Positions 62,572-64,000 of a stretch of 64,000 nt of DNA are shown here, one piece after another. Source of the stretch: Sphagnum compactum (lineage: Eukaryota); NCBI GenBank assembly GCA_965153455.1, contig OZ234493.1, positions 5,642,001 through 5,706,000 on the forward strand, written 5' to 3'. Below the pieces are notes generated by a model. That model saw nothing but the letters and a program-made list of their open reading frames with translations. It did not search any database and was not told the DNA's origin. Both the position numbers and the translations under genes were made by a program. Every line of letters begins with the position of its first letter. The stretch's first letter is position 1.

Positions 62572-64000
62572 TAAAGGAAGCAACAAAAGATTTTTTTTTG
62601 GGGGGTAAGTAAGCTAATGTCGGGTGGGTATTTGATTGTGTTAGTAACCATCCATTTTAATCTTGAAACATTTTCAAATTTGAGAACCATCATTCTAGGT
62701 AGTTTGAAGAAAATAAAATCAAAGAACCACCAATTCATGTTACTTCAAAAGTCTTAAAGAACAACTAGGTTTCATGAAAGAACCACAAAAAAATTGGGAG
62801 GTTTAAGTATAAGTATCGTTTGTCTTTTATGCCACATTGGAAAATCACAATAGTTTGTTGAGAGGAGACTCAAAAGGATTTGATCCATCTTATGCCATTA
62901 GGTTAAGGTCTACAACCAAGTTAAATTGGGTTGGAACACAAATTTATGAAGAAATTTGGAACAATGTTATAATTATTGAATTATTTTCATAGGCAACTTT
63001 TTTTGTTAGTTTTACAAGTGTTTATGATGAATTTTGATATAGGTGTTATGCCCCTATTTTTGGTTATCACCCAATGTGATCATTTTAACACCAAAATCAA
63101 ATAACAATGTATGTGTGTGAAAATGATATGAAAAAATTTGAAGTTTCATCCAATAGGGAAGCAAAAACCCTAAAGCCTTCCAATAGGAAAGCAAAATCCT
63201 TCTCACTTATGTTCCAACCCAAAAAAAATAAATTGTCTAAATTATGTCTTTTAGCAATTGCACAATACATACTTGTGAGCCATGGATCATGTATATTAAA
63301 CTTCCTCATAAAATATGACCACACCCAATGTTAATTCTAGTGTTAGGTTAGTGTTTAAAATGTTAAAATTAAAGACCAATTCACATTTAAAATGTTAACT
63401 AACATTAAATATTAAGTGGCATATGACATGACATGGATGACAAGATGATGTTAATAATCGTTGTTAATTAACACTATATGTTTTTAAAGAATAAACTCAA
63501 AGCCAAACATCAATGCTAATTAAAGTTTCAAAAATGACAAATTAACTTAATGTTTAGTGCATGCATCCTTGTGGGTACTCATTTCTTTTTCTTTCTATAT
63601 TTCTCATTATCAATCTGGGTAAGACTATGGCAAAAAAGAAAAAGGGGAGAGGAAAAAAGAAAAGACAAAAGGAAGATGACCCTAATAAGTAAGTGTGAAT
63701 TGTTTCACAAACTCAATGAAAATAACTTAACGTTAGTTATCATTGAATATCATAGGTGGACATGTTTCAATAACAACATTAATGGTAACTTGTAGTGTTA
63801 GAAATTGTGTAATTGAGGACACTTTATTGATGCTAGGTTGATGTTATTTGCAAGCCCTAAACATCAAGTATGGCCATACATGAAGGTCATCCATTCCAAT
63901 ACTACTAAGGGGGAAAGTGGGCTTAACTTGAGAAATTCTTAAATGGGGACCTTGCTTAAAAGTTAGTTGTAACCTTTAATTAATTTTTATTGATAATGAT

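Noticed and set aside
48800-64000. Short ORFs in the distal AT-rich region
   Set aside because: Low-complexity ORFs of about 110 aa or less with no domain signal or exon chains; consistent with decayed repeats.

Overview
Eukaryotic land-plant genomic DNA. GT-AG spliced genes, AT-rich intergenic DNA and the gene and repeat content suggest a bryophyte, most likely a Sphagnum-like moss (inference). Seven protein-coding genes were reconstructed by hand: PsbQ (+), an intronless class II DnaJ/Hsp40 (-), OBERON (+), a Zn-finger/PHD + SAP30 Sin3-binding protein (+), a membrane-tethered NAC factor (-), histone H2A (+) and an Msd1/SSX2IP-like ADIP protein (-). Decayed mobile elements include a CRE/RLE-type non-LTR RT, a Ty1/copia relic, two Penelope-like (Naiad/Chlamys-type) RT copies inside OBERON introns, MITE-like and LTR-like repeats, and several local tandem duplications. 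48.3-64 kb has no recognisable gene. Top observations: (1) a consensus-geometry histone 3' stem-loop 47 nt after the stop codon of an intron-containing land-plant H2A gene; (2) two sense-oriented Penelope-like retroelements with a shared structured 3' tail in one gene; (3) a PHD-SAP30 fusion protein. All calls are by eye; no searches were run.
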